The position numbers were made by a program, and so were the translations under genes. A stretch of 64,000 nucleotides of DNA, taken from contig OY740791.1 of NCBI GenBank assembly GCA_963514005.1, positions 52,390,001-52,454,000 on the forward strand, written 5' to 3'. Numbering within the stretch: the stretch's first letter is position 1; each line of letters opens with the position of its first letter. Origin of the DNA: Raja brachyura (taxonomy: Eukaryota). Below the pieces are notes generated by a model that was not told where the DNA came from, searched no databases, and saw only the letters and a program-made list of their open reading frames with translations. Positions 1 through 12,700 of the stretch are shown piece by piece.

Positions 1-2473
1 CACATATGCAGTGAACACCGCTCTCAGGGGGACATTACAGTTGGCTGCTGAATCGTCTATTCAGGTAAGACTTTTCCATGGGTGAAACCTGGAGGGCGAA
101 GCACAAGCTATTGGAACAAGCAAGGTTTCATAGTTTCGGCGACAATGCATCCCATGTCTTTATTGGCAGTAGCAGTTCACTGAAGTTGCTGGCAGCATGA
201 AAGCTGGCCAGAGGTTCCACGCACTGTACCTGTGCTACTCTACAATTAAGGGACCACTTGCAGTTTGGTAAGGTGTATACTTAGTTATACATTACAAATG
301 ATTGAGACATTATCAGCTACTTTGAACGGTAAATGTAAATGTACAATATTAGCTTTTCAAGCAGGTTAGAATTGGGCAGGTTGAGTATAAGGACCAAGAT
401 TGTCTTGCAAGACTGGCTCGGAAATCGGGCCACAGTTGCTGTTTAAGGTAGTTATCAAGTAGCTCAAATATCATCTCGAGTTTGGAGATAGAACAGATTT
501 GCATGACTTGCCAAAAAATTTCTGTTATTAGTATCAACTATCTATAGACTCTACGGGCATTGTATGGGTTATAGGGTGATTGGACAAATAAGCATATTGT
601 CATGCTCATATTCAGGTTTATGCATTGTGATGATGGGATATATGTTAGTCACGAGGGTGCAATCAGTTAAAGACCACTGGAATGGTTACATAATCTTGTT
701 GCCACAGGAGAATCATCAAGTGTTGGTAATGGCAACACAGAGTTGGTGTTGAATCGCACTGTATTATGAAATTCTGGTTAAATGGAACACCTAATATATA
801 TATATGTTGGTTTCATGTTTATTTCACTGGTTGCAAAATATTTGGCATAGTAGTGGTGAAAGATACATTCTCACCAAAAGGAGAAGGACGGTCTTTTATG
901 GCTACCTCCATTTTGTCTCATCAAATAAAGTCATTAAGAGGCTTTAAGTTCCTATTGTGTGATTATGCAAATTGATTCCCGATTTGTTGCGAATAATAAT
1001 ATAACCTTATTGGTTATTTTAAACCTAAATTTGCTTGTTCAGCCTGAGGCTTCGGAAATCAGATGTTGCATGATAAACTCAAATTATGTTCTGCAGGTTT
1101 AACAAACTGCCCTAAGATTTGGGTTGTTACATCTATCCTTCTATGTGTTCAAAGTGTTTGCATAGCACCAAATCGCTGAATTTTCTTTTCCAGGAGATGA
1201 AAGAGTTTGTTATGCTTATGTTACATGGAAAATGGTATTGATTGCTAATGTTTCGAATTCATGCTAAATTATTGTCTGTTAATTATGGATTATATGGCCA
1301 TTAATTGGCTCGATGAACTTCCTCATTGAGTTGGCTGTAGCAAACAAGACTCGCTCTGTCGGGTCCACACCGGTTATCAAGGGGTAGGATATCTTCCACA
1401 TAGGTCCCAGGACCAGTATAATGCCATATGCGATGTTGACATTTGTGAACACTATTTCACCAGGAGGCAGCAACTATATCCTTAAATTTGGCTGGAGGTT
1501 TATTAGGTGGTTATCCTTCTGGCACTGGTTTAGTGCAGCAGGTTCAGTCGCTAAATAATTGTGATGGTACAGGATGATAATGTCTGTAAATTATAATATT
1601 ATGTTATAAATACTTGAGCAGATCATAAGGTGGTCAGGTCTCAAAATAGTCACAGGCATACCAGGGGACCTTTGATAAGGTAAGCACACATGTATACAAC
1701 AATATGTCAAGGTCATCAAGAGCCTTGGAGTTCTGGACTAGCAATGTTGTTAGTCACAAAGAATTTGGGAGAACTTATTGTTCAGGCCATTCCAGATAAG
1801 AAAAATTGAGTTGTGTTATGTACTAATGGATTCTGATTCCAGATCTCATTCCACCAGGGCTGCTTCAGCAGCAAGGGTATTTATGTTCTACTGGGTCGCA
1901 TTGTTATGGCTGGAGCATGGTCCATCGAATGAATCTCCAAACATCTGTAATGACCCATTGGTGAACCAGGAGTATTTGTTAACTCTATTTATGTTCTGGT
2001 TATATTTTCCATCTGGGTGAGAGCGTTTTACATCTATGTTATGACTGTATGCATTATGAATGTTTTCCCTTCATTTGTCAATGAAGCAGCTGTGGTTGTG
2101 TATACTCATTTCACACGGCATGAAATCACAGAGCTTTGAAGTCTTCATGTAGTCACTCACGTGACTCTTAAGTAAAATAGTAAGATTAAAGGAGAACTTA
2201 ACAGTTTGAAGTTTGATCTTTATTTTATGAGGAGTCGAGCTGAGGGACTACGTGCCCTCCGCCCCTAGCCCTCATACATTTCATCTGGTAATTCTAGTCT
2301 TTGTTATCTTACCATTATACTTCAGTTACTATTAGCTGTGATTTCACACCGTTGCTTTGAAGATTGACGCACGAACGGCTGTACAGGGTTCTTCACGTAG
2401 TCCCTCAACTCGACTCATCATAAAATAAAGATCAAACTTCAAACTGGTAAGTTCTTGTTTAATCTTACTATTT
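1..2473 (+). mobile_element. DIRS-type (tyrosine recombinase) retrotransposon, copy A, 3' part; coding region decayed
   Basis: YR remnant SHSTRAASAA at about 1844-1875. ICR at about 2142-2254 is complementary to the terminal 2394-2473. The 3' module is homologous to copies B, C and D. The 5' end lies outside the window. Confidence 0.85.
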
Positions 2474-2630
2474 TATAGAAGTGTATAAAATCATGAAAAG
2501 CATTGATAGGGTTGATGCACGCAGCATTTTTCCCATCATTGGTAATCAACAACCAAAGGGCATTTAAGATGAGAGGAGATAAATTGAACAGGAACCTGAG
2601 TGGCATCATTTTCCAGAGAGTAGACTGTTG
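2474..2630 (+). mobile_element. CR1 LINE 3' fragment (host of DIRS copy A)
   Basis: ttatagaagtgtataaaatcatg...tttaagatgagagga...ttccagagagtag resembles the CR1 ORF2 C-terminus seen elsewhere in the window. Confidence 0.6.
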
Positions 2631-2641
2631 TACACAAGATA

Positions 2642-2705
2642 CAGTGCATTCAGAAAGTATTCGGACCCCTTCATTTTTTCCACATTTTTTGTGCCGTTAC
2701 ACCCT
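2642..2705 (+). mobile_element. Solitary Tc1/mariner-like terminal inverted repeat
   Basis: TA|cagtgcattcagaaagtattcggaccccttcattttttccacatttt resembles fish Tc1-like TIRs as I recall them, and is preceded by TA. No partner TIR was found. Confidence 0.6.
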
Positions 2706-3774
2706 TATTGCTCTGAACTGCACAGACTCTTACCATTGTGTGGTAATCAATGCTCGTGCAAACTGCATGACTTCATATATACTATGTACATTGCTCTAAA
2801 TTCTGTCATCAAAGTTATTTTGTATAACTGCATGAAATAAAATTCAAAGTAAATGCAAAAACAGAAGCTGCTCGTAGAATCAAAATCTACACAATACTGA
2901 GTTTATTTTATGTTTTAGTTTAGTTTATTATTGTCACATGCATCAAGGTAGAGTGAAAAGCTTTAGTTTGCATGATAAGCAGAAGAAAAGGCTGCATTTA
3001 ATAACAATTAAGTTATCCACAGAGCGCTGTTAAAGGATAAAGTGCAAGATAAAGTCCAATAATGTCCGAGTAAAGATAATTTAAAACTCTTGAGAGGTAA
3101 ATGGGAGGTCAGGACCGCACTCCAGCTAGTCAGAGGACTGTGCAGTTGCCTGATACCATCTATGCATTTTGAAACTTGTGTAACTCTTTTCTGATGATCA
3201 TATTATTCACTCTGAACCCAGTGCTGGTTGAGTGAGAGATGGGGGGATTGTTGTCAGGTGTATAAGCACTTGCCGTCTAATACTGTAATGGGTGTTCGGT
3301 GGCCAGCATAGACATGAGCATGGTCGGCCAAAGGGCATGTTTCTCTTTTGTCTAAGAGCCTGTTTCTATTTTCTTTGACCAGATGACCAATTCCGTAAAT
3401 CGGCCTAAATGTATCTTGTTGTGGTAAAACTGGTCAAGACTCACAAGCATTACAACCCAATGCAGCAATTGTGCCAAGATGATGGTGAGTCAAAGGGGCC
3501 ACATTTTGTATCATTATATTCATTTGTAGGAAAAATTAGAATCAATTTTAAACTGTAACATTTTGATTCAATTATGTTTTATTGTCTTCTCAATGGATTC
3601 AGATGTAATACTACTGCTTTACGAGCATATTCCTGATCCAATTTAACTGACTTAATTCAAGAAGCCTGACGTCCATAATTATCCTCGGTATCCTTCATTC
3701 TGAGACAAATAAGTAAACCAAACTGAGATGGATTTCCTGATTTCAAATTGGCAGGCCCTTCTACCAGGAGACAG

Positions 3775-4150
3775 AGTCATAGAGTCATGTGGTAGAGAAA
3801 GGGACCCTTTGGACCAACTCATCCATGGTGACCAAGGTGAATCATCTGAGCTTGCATTGGCAGGATCCCTCTAAACCTTTTCTATCCTTGTACCTGTCCA
3901 AATGTCTTTTAAATGCTGATATAGTACTTACATCGACTAGCTCCTCTGGCAACTCATTACATACACCTATCACTCTCTGAGTAAAAAAAGATGTTCCTCA
4001 GGCTCCTTTTCAATCTTTTCCCTTTTACCTTAAACCTACGTTCTCTAGTTCTTGCTTCCCCCACCTTGGGTAAAATACTTTGTGTATTCACTCCATCTAT
4101 TCCTCCCATTATTTTATACACTTCAATAAGAGCACTAGTCAGCTTCTTGC
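3775..4150 (-). mobile_element. CR1 LINE 3' end, degenerate
   Basis: Reverse complement resembles the CR1 ORF2 C-terminus and 3' UTR, ending in a short tandem tail (agagtcatagagtcat). Confidence 0.6.
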
Positions 4151-4289
4151 ACCCGGTGATGATGCCATCAAACCAATGAAGAGAATAAAGTTGTTGTTTG
4201 AGCTGGACATCCAGGATTCATAATGTCAGAGGCAATCAGTCACTCACTCCTCTGTACTAGGAATCCAATAAATTCCTAGAACTGGGAAC

Positions 4290-5560
4290 CTGCATCCCGT
4301 TTTTGAAACGGATGTAGTCAAAAATATTGCTTGCTCTGTCGGCCATCTTCCAACAGATTCCAGAACTGCATCTGCAGATTGGAAAGTAGCGGAGAGCGGG
4401 AGGGTGGAAGTATAGTGCAGTTAATCTGACATCACTTTAACGGAGCAATGTAAGAATCTTGCATTAATGAATTGGATTCAGGGCACTTAGTAAATATTAA
4501 TATCGTTAGGCAGAGTTAATATAGATCTATGAAATAAGCTTCTGAGATTGTAATGAACAGGATGGATAAGAGTGAACCTGTTGACCTGCCATATTTAGAC
4601 TTTCAGAAGCCTTTAATTAAAATACCACACAGGTTATTAAATAAAATGAGATCACGTGTGATTGGGGGGGAATATTCTGACACAGCGTAAGTACTGGTTA
4701 ATGATCAGAAATCAGGGAGTTGGCAATAAAGGGGTTAGCAGTGAGAAGGGCTGTCAAAGAGATCTATTCCAGGTCCATTTTTCAAAATGTGGAGACCAAG
4801 GTTTGCTAATGATACAAATGTAGGTAGCAATTTAGTGAGTCAGACACAAAATAAAACATGGAAAACTATGATAATCCTATTTGATGGGAAAACATCAGCT
4901 GCTGGAATCTTGAGCAAAATGCAAAGTGCTTGGGGAAACTCAGTGGGTCAGGCAGCATCTGTGGAGAGAATGGGCAGACAGAGATTTGGGTCAGGACCCT
5001 TTTTAAGAATGGGATGTAGATTTTTTTTAAAGTGGATTTATCACTAAAATTATATCAGGCCTGTTGAAACCGTACCTGGAATACTGTGTACATGTTTGCT
5101 CACTCTATCTAAGTAATTATCTTCCTGCTTGGACACCAGATAACAAAGATTGATTCTCAGAATAAAGGATTGGTCTATGAGATTAAGCAGACTGGATTCA
5201 TGCTCTCTTGAGTTTAAAAAAATAAAATACTATCTCATTGAATGAAGAATTAATTTTCAGCTGACTGAGGTGTCTCGATGTTTCAAGCTTCAGAATTAAG
5301 GCATGACCATTTATGACCAAGCTTAGTAGAAATGTATTCATCCAGAGGGAAGTGAATCTTTGCAATTTTCTACCTGAGAAGATTGTAGAGGTTGATTTGC
5401 TGTGTATATTCAAGACAGAGATTGAGAGAATATTAGATATGAAGGGAAACAGGAAATATGAGGCTTGTGCACAAAAATGACATCGAGGTAAAACTCAGTC
5501 ATGTTCTTATTGAATGGTGGATGATGCACAGGTAGCTAAATGGCTATCTCCTCTATATTT
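4290..5560 (+). mobile_element. Old CR1 LINE, heavily degenerate, with a short Penelope-like tail insertion at about 4880-5010
   Basis: Remnants of YLDFQKAF (atatttagactttcagaagcc), FANDT and a CR1 3' tail (ggctatctcctctatatttcttatg). Confidence 0.6.
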
Positions 5561-5707
5561 CTTATGTTTTATATCCTCCATTCCTGGTTGTTTATAAAGA
5601 TGACCTTGAGTCAAGGTGTTGCATGTACAAGTGTAAATTCCAACTTGAAAAATTACTCAACAGTCAAACCAAGAATCAGTCAGCATGACCATATCTGGGA
5701 CTTTCTC

Positions 5708-6606
5708 CCAGCAAATGTTATCCCACTTTTTAAGAAAGGTGGGAGAGAGAAAACAGGGAATTATAGACCAGTTAGCCTGACATCGGTGGTGAGGAAGATG
5801 CTGGAGTCAATTATAAAAGATGAAATAGCCGAACATTTGGATAGCAGTAACAGGATGGGACCGAGTCATCAAGGAGTTACGAAGGGGAAATCATGCTTGA
5901 CTAATCTTCTGGAATTTCTTAAAGATGTAACTAGGAAAATGGACAAGGGAGAGCCAGTGGATGTAGTGTACCTGGACTTTCAGAAAGGATTTGATAAGGT
6001 CCCACATGGGAGATTAGTAGGCAAAATTAGGTATTGGGGTAGAGTGCTGACATGGATAGAAGTGGTTGGCAGACAGGAAACAAAGAGTAGGGATTAACCA
6101 GTCCCTTTCAGAATGGCAGGCAGTGACTAGTGGGGTACCGCAAGGCTCGGTGCTGGGACCGCTGCTATTTACAATATACATCAATGATTTGGATGAAGGG
6201 ATTCAAAGTAATATTAGCAAATCTGCAGATGACACAAAGCTGGGTGGCAGTGTGAATTGTGGGGAGGATGCTATGAGAATGCAGGGTGACTTGGACAGGT
6301 TGGGGGAGTGGGCAGATGCATGGCAGACGCAGTTTAATGCGGATAAATGTAAGGTTATCCACTTTAGTAGTAAAAACAGGAAGGCAGATTACTATCTAAA
6401 TGGAATCAAGTTGGGAAAAGGGGAAGTACAGCTGGATCTGAGGGTTCCGTGTTTATCAGTCTATGAAAGTTAGCGTGCAGGTACAGCAGGAAGTAAAGAA
6501 AACGAATGGCATGTTGGCCTTTATAACAAGAGGAATCGAATATAGGAGTAAAGAGGTCCTTCTGCAGTTGTACAGTGCCCTAGTGAGACCACACCTGGAG
6601 TAATTT
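5708..6606 (+). mobile_element. CR1 (HER1-like) LINE RT fragment
   Basis: ORFs 5540..6097 and 6066..6473 contain NYRPVSLTS, YLDFQKGFDKVPH, GVPQGSVLGP and SADDTKL; frameshifted. Confidence 0.92.
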
Positions 6607-6899
6607 GTGACACTTTGGTATACACAAGCCATTGGAGGAGAATGTGGAAGATGGACAAGAGGAAAAATTGAGTCACAATGCTGGGAATTTCTCAGAGGAT
6701 CACTCTGCATCTATGAAATACTGATCATTTATATTGAAGATTTTACCCTTGAAGAGCAAAGATTTGCATCCACTCTGATATTTCTGCAATTTTAGTTTGA
6801 TTTGCATAATTATGGAAGCAGAAGTACTCAACTTTGAGGTATTGTTGTAGATATTATTAGGAAACATTATTATTGCACTATAAATTCCGGTTCTAGTCT

Positions 6900-9328
6900 T
6901 ATCCCCCTTAGTCTGGTTTAGTCAAACACTGGCAAACTCTGGTTCCAAAACCATATTTATTGAAGAACAAACTGCAGGGACGGTTGCCGATCCACTCATG
7001 CAGGACAGCAATATCTCGTGCAAACAGAACAGAAGTCACAATCAACCGACACACCCCAAAAAATGACCACCCTCTTATACCCTTCCAAACTAAGGGCATG
7101 ACATTACTTGGGGGAGGCAACCCCTACAAACCAATCACACATATTGATCACATTATACAGTTTTTGACCGTTCTCTAACCCAATTACAAAGTACCCCATT
7201 GCAATGCTTCTACAGAAGCTTCTGGAAAGAAGTCACTTAACCAAGTAATGCAACATTTTCCCAGGTTGGATAAACAATTCAAACAAGGCTTCACACTTCA
7301 GCCAATCATCAAGCAATGGTACAAACACTTTGCAACATTATTAACAATACCTTTTCACACCCCCTTCTATAACCAATCCCCACTACGCATTTGCAGACCT
7401 CCTTATCTCTTTCTGCAAACCCTCATACATTTTAACAAATTAAGAACATCTGGACCTCTCCTTATCATCAACTTCCATCTGGGGTCTAGACTCCTTGGAG
7501 CCATGATTCTTAGCTTGCAACTTTCACAGAAAGTGACCAAGCAGGCCCTGCAAATGCAAACATCCTCCATTTTATGATCTCCCTAATTTAGCCAATATTA
7601 ACATTCCCCCATTTTAACATTTGTGATAACCCTCATCATTAATGATAACCAAAACACAATAATGATTATTTTACTATACAGATATTCTAACAAGAAGATG
7701 ATGTGTTTTCCCAGAATTTCATCAAGCTTCTCCAGTTTACTTGGGTGTAACATAATAATCTCCGTCTGAGGAGCCTTCACCTCCCGAGTTTTTGTGTGCA
7801 TGAAGCCCCTCCATCTATCTTGATAAGTCCATCTGTTGCTGACTCGTTGCAGAGTTTAAAATTCCTAAGAGCATCTGGAGTAAACCCAGTTAACAGCCTA
7901 CAACCCCACTGATGCTCTTACAGTGGTGGAGATGCACCCATGCATTCTTGCCCTCTAACTTCACTGCCTTTGGGGTTGTTAGGACTACCTGGTAAGGTCC
8001 TTCCAAGCGAACCTTTCCTTACCCAGTTCTTTAGAAGAACATAGTCTCGAGGCTCCACTTTAGTTGAAACTGTCAACAAAGCCATTTCATTACATGCTGC
8101 TCTTACTCTACAATGGGATTCTTTTAACGCTCGAGTCAAAGCTAGAATATAGTCGGTAATCTCCACAGTCACGTGATGGAAATTTATAACTTTCAATGCA
8201 TTCTGGTTCCAAGGTGTTCTTGGGGGTCTATCATAAACAATTTCAGCTGAGCTCAGTTTCGATTTCCCTGCAGACACAACTCCCATCTGAAATAAAGCTA
8301 TGGAAAGTAATTTAATCCAACCAATTCCAGTCTCGCCTTCAATTTAGCCAGTTTAGTTTTAAGGGTCTGATTTGCTATTTGTACAATCCAGCAGCCTGTG
8401 GCCGATAAGCACAGTGCAATTTCTGCAGGATCTCCAACTGTTCACATAATTTTTATTAATTTGTTCCATTAAGATGTGGACGATTATCTAAACTAATTCG
8501 AATAAGGATGCCAAATCTAGGGATAATTTTTATTTAACTCCTTGATAACAGTAGCTGCTTTATTATCAAGGATTGGGTAAGTTTTGATCCACCGGCCAAA
8601 TGCATTGACTTTGACAAACATGTACATACAACCCTGGCACCTCCTCTAATTTGATGTAATCCTTCTATAATATTTTTAACAGACCCATAGGTAATAGTGG
8701 TTCTTTCTTTTCACTAGCCTACTCCTGCAACTAAATAACCTTTAGACAGTGGTGCTGGCTCGAAGGGCCAAAGGCCCTATTCATGCACCTATTGTCTATT
8801 GTCCAACCTCCTGGGTGGATAGTAGCAACTTCTCCGAGGGGGAACTGTTATCCAAACTTTTAGTCTGCTTCATCATTCTATTTTGTACCACCATCCTACA
8901 TTCCCAGGGCATTTCTCTCATTGTCAGATCAGCACTGCAATTCCTAATATCTGTTAGAGTATGTCCTCTTGTGTGCATTTACATCTCATAACAGAAATTT
9001 GTTTGGGTAGCATTAAGGCCTTCAATAAATCTGTCACCAATTGTTTGTTTGATATTGGAGTTCCTGCTGAAGCCAGAAATGTCTTATTTTCATATAATTG
9101 TATAAATTCATGCACTATTCGAAATGCGCATCTAGAATTTGTGTAAACACTTATCTTCACTTTTTACAACAATGCAATCCCAAATTAAAACAAATAATTC
9201 AGCCTATTCTGCTGAATAAGGTGACAAAGGTGAATTATTTTACATTTTTCCCATCCTAATTAATAATTGCATACCAAGACAATTTCTCTTAAGGTTAGAT
9301 AGATGAACTTCCACCTACATATAAAGTC
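6900..9328 (-). mobile_element. Endogenous retrovirus (class I/epsilon-like) pol 3' part: RNase H and integrase, plus a possible env remnant downstream
   Basis: 8954..9160 reads VYTNSRCAFRIVHEF...LASAGTPISN..LVTDLLKALMLPKQISV (retroviral RNase H). About 8300-8700 holds an IIPRFGI..ISLDN integrase core remnant. 7918..8286 reads [14 protein letters not shown] (integrase C-terminus). The env assignment for 6900-7900 is weak. Confidence 0.8.
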
Positions 9329-9333
9329 ATGTC

Positions 9334-9538
9334 TGTCACATCCTGGCCTCAGATGTGGAATAATAATGATACTGGCACAATATTTATAGGTTACATTCTT
9401 GGTCTCCGTGTTTATTATCTCACTCAGCCATGGCCTCCTGCCTAGGCTTACACGGTGCACATGCGATCTGACCTCCCAGTCAGCTGATGGAAAGGTCATG
9501 ATATTTGCATATCATCATCATGACTCATCGTCATGATA
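9334..9538 (-). repeat. 3' LTR of the Gypsy element
   Basis: Direct repeat of 18068-18272, with about 16 differences in 205 bp by hand count. A purine tract abuts it on the minus strand. Confidence 0.95.
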
Positions 9539-9769
9539 TCTCTCATTTACCAGAATTGAAACTTTAAATTAATACATGTTCTTTCTAATATACTTTCCAA
9601 TTAAATTCTTTCAAAACATATTTGTATTTTCATTTGTGTTCCAATAACTCACGAAACAGATGCATTACAACTACAAAACAAATGCGACTTTTACACTCCA
9701 GTAACCTTAATAAACTCCTTGCTCATAATAAACAGTATCATAATAAACAGTATCATAATCTATAACACA

Positions 9770-12700
9770 AATTAGTAAGATTAAACGCAGACTTACCAGT
9801 TTGAAGTTTGATCTTGATTTTATGAGGAGTTATGTTGGTGAGTACGTGAAGAACCCCGTCTAGGCCACATGCGTGTCAATCTTCAAAGCAGCGGTATGAA
9901 ATCACAAATAACAATCACCGGTGACATAGTAAGATGTGTGACTTGAGAACTACCAGATGATCTTTATGAGAGAGGGTTGAGCGTGGCGGGCACGTAATCA
10001 CCAACGTCACTCCTCATAAAATCAAGATCAAACTTCAAACTGGTAAATTCTCATTTAATCTTACTATTTTACTTCGGAGTCACATGAGTGATCCCGTAAA
10101 GACTTCGAAGCTTTGTGATTTCATGCCACAGATCGAAATCTCAGCGTCTCACTGTATCGATTGACTCGGGTTGAGTGAATAATCAAAATGCATTAGCATG
10201 ATATTGATTCACATATATTAATGGTTTACGTTAATAAAGAAATCAATAGCAACCCCTGTAACTCAGGGGAGGCTAAAGTGGACACAAACAGAATGGGCAA
10301 ACCCCCAGGTCAGTAACCGGCCTATGGGGAAAAAAAAATTAAAAACAATTTAGTTGACCATCCTGCGGTCGCGAGGATATGGTCGCTGGGCATATCCATT
10401 GCCCTGGCCGCTGACGTTGACGCTGACCTGGTGGAATGAGATATACAATCGTCAGTGTTAATACCTGCAAAACCCAGAACCTGCTGCAGCCACCTTGAAG
10501 TAGTCTGTACCGACCTTCCTTTGTGCAGTTGTTTGGTGATTAATAAACAATGCTGAGTCCACACTTCTTGGGATTCTGGTGGCCTTGATAACATAACCGT
10601 GAGACCGTGGGATATCCGAAAAATGATCTTAAATCATGCTACCCCTGGTCTGCTCTGCTTGTGTAGACCAGAATGTAAAATGTAATGGCACCTGCAGCCA
10701 ATTTCATCTTATCGAGCCACAGCGTTTGCAATGTTTCCCGTCGTTGTGCTGATATTAGTGTCATAACTAAGGATGTAGCTGGAACATCCAGCTACATGTA
10801 GCTGGAACCCCTTGGTGAAGTAATGTTCACATATTTTCAATAACCAACAGCATAATCTTGTAGTGGGAGAACTTGTGTCAAGATCTTTTTAACAACTCGA
10901 TATCCGGGTTGAACCCGACAGAGTAGTTCCCTTTTGTTGCAGCTGTAGTGTCTCTATAACTGCATTATTGTCAAATACCATTTAAGAATGAACTGGAAAT
11001 TGTCAGTAATCTGTACCGTATTAAAAGTAACATTAACATTTAAACAAAATCACTTCTGATCCTCCTCAATAGGAATGTACTGATTTTTTGTGTGCTAATG
11101 CTGCACTCTGCATTGAGCACATTCAAGGCTTGATGTGATAACGTGAGGCATAAGTCAATCCATTCAAAATGTGTAAGTTAATAATTGTTTTATTGTGCAA
11201 AGGCCAGTCTCCTGAACCACAGTTTGACCCAAGTGAGGTCTTGCTGACTGTTTTAAGACCCGGCTAATGAGGCAAAAAATGGAGGAAAACATAAAAGAAC
11301 ATTCCTCCTTTTGTAGCGAGAATGTATTTCTCCGCACTGTTGTGCCACATATTTTTGCAATCGGTGAATAAACATGCACCAAAATGTTGATATGACTGGA
11401 TGATACACCAGTGGCAAAGGAGATTAGGTAATTATTACAGGATACTTTTACTTGATTGCCATGTGACTAACATATGTCACCATCGTAGAGTAGCAACTTG
11501 AATTTGAGCATGTAGAATAAGTATATTTGCGCAATAACCCCTTACCCATGGGGTGCATCTAGTGTATATATTTAGTTGATACCAACAATTGAAGAATTGG
11601 TAACTCGTGCAAATCTTCAATACCTCCAACTAGAGATGGTATTCAGAACTTCTCACCTTGGAGTCCTTAGCATCAGTTTGTAATAACTGAATTCAACCGA
11701 CCACACTACTGTAGCGAGGTTCAAGTTGAAGTTCAAATGAGGTTATTGTCATGTTCAGCAATGCTGAATACTGTTTTTTCATCATTGTGACTGAGGTATC
11801 TTCAGCTGACAATAGCATAAGGTTGTTAACAATGGTCTAATTGTCCTTTGAGAGGTTGCTACTTACACGATATCAGTTCTTTGATTTGCTCAGCTGAACC
11901 ACATCTGCTATATTGCCAATTACTCTTGATGAAAATAAAACTCAGTTTTATAACCGGTTGCTATAAACTCCAATCTCTTGCCACAGTGCGGAGTCAAAGC
12001 TAATCATAATTAAAGGTAAATCCCAATGACCAACGAACAGTTTATCCCATTCCGCAAAGCTTTACTGTTATTAGTACAATTATATTGTCTTTGATAACCT
12101 CTGTAATGGGATTTGCATAGCATGGATCTTTGACCCTTATGAATCTGTTGGTCAGGAAAAATAAGTTTTCATATTCGGAAAGTTCATATTCCAGACACTC
12201 TCCATTCTTCATAATAACATGCCACTCCTGCCTTATTCCATGGGTGGTTTGCATGAGAACTTTTGCCCAATTTCCGAACCTTAACTTTAAATAATAACCC
12301 TGGCCATAATCCAAACTTGCTTGGAATGCTACGATTGTGCCTCAACAAGATGTTTTTATCCTTTGTGTGTTGTACAAAACAAATGTAAATATTACAACTT
12401 GTGAATGGTGCACTACCCATATTTTGGAAGTGCTAGACCCATTTTGTTGAGTAGGGTTGGTAAGGTGCATGGAATTTCTGAGCTATCATGGTGCCCCCGG
12501 CTCCAGTGAACCGCTTACTGCCGATGAGCGCCTGGGGTGCATTCTGAAACGATGACTTTTGCCTGCCATTGGCCTAATTGATTTGTCTGCCAGGTTTTCT
12601 TCCCCTGTTGAATAGGCCTACCTGAATAACAGATTCAGCGGCTGGCTCTCACATCCCCCTGTTGGCGCTGTTCACTGCCGGCACATATGTGCTTTAGTAT

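Noticed and set aside
3550-3699. Possible displaced terminal exon of the receptor (acceptor ttgtctcag, MKDTEDNYGRQAS*, AATAAA downstream)
   Set aside because: The phase-1 frame needed to join the 33459 donor hits TGA immediately, and it lies 30 kb away with no supporting motif.
5540-5707. Signal-peptide-like start fused to CR1 RT
   Set aside because: The ORF begins in the tail of an older CR1 and runs by chance into the next fragment.
6900-7900. Intact env gene or ERV LTRs
   Set aside because: Only short broken frames; no furin site, ISD or CX6CC motif, and no LTR pair recognised.
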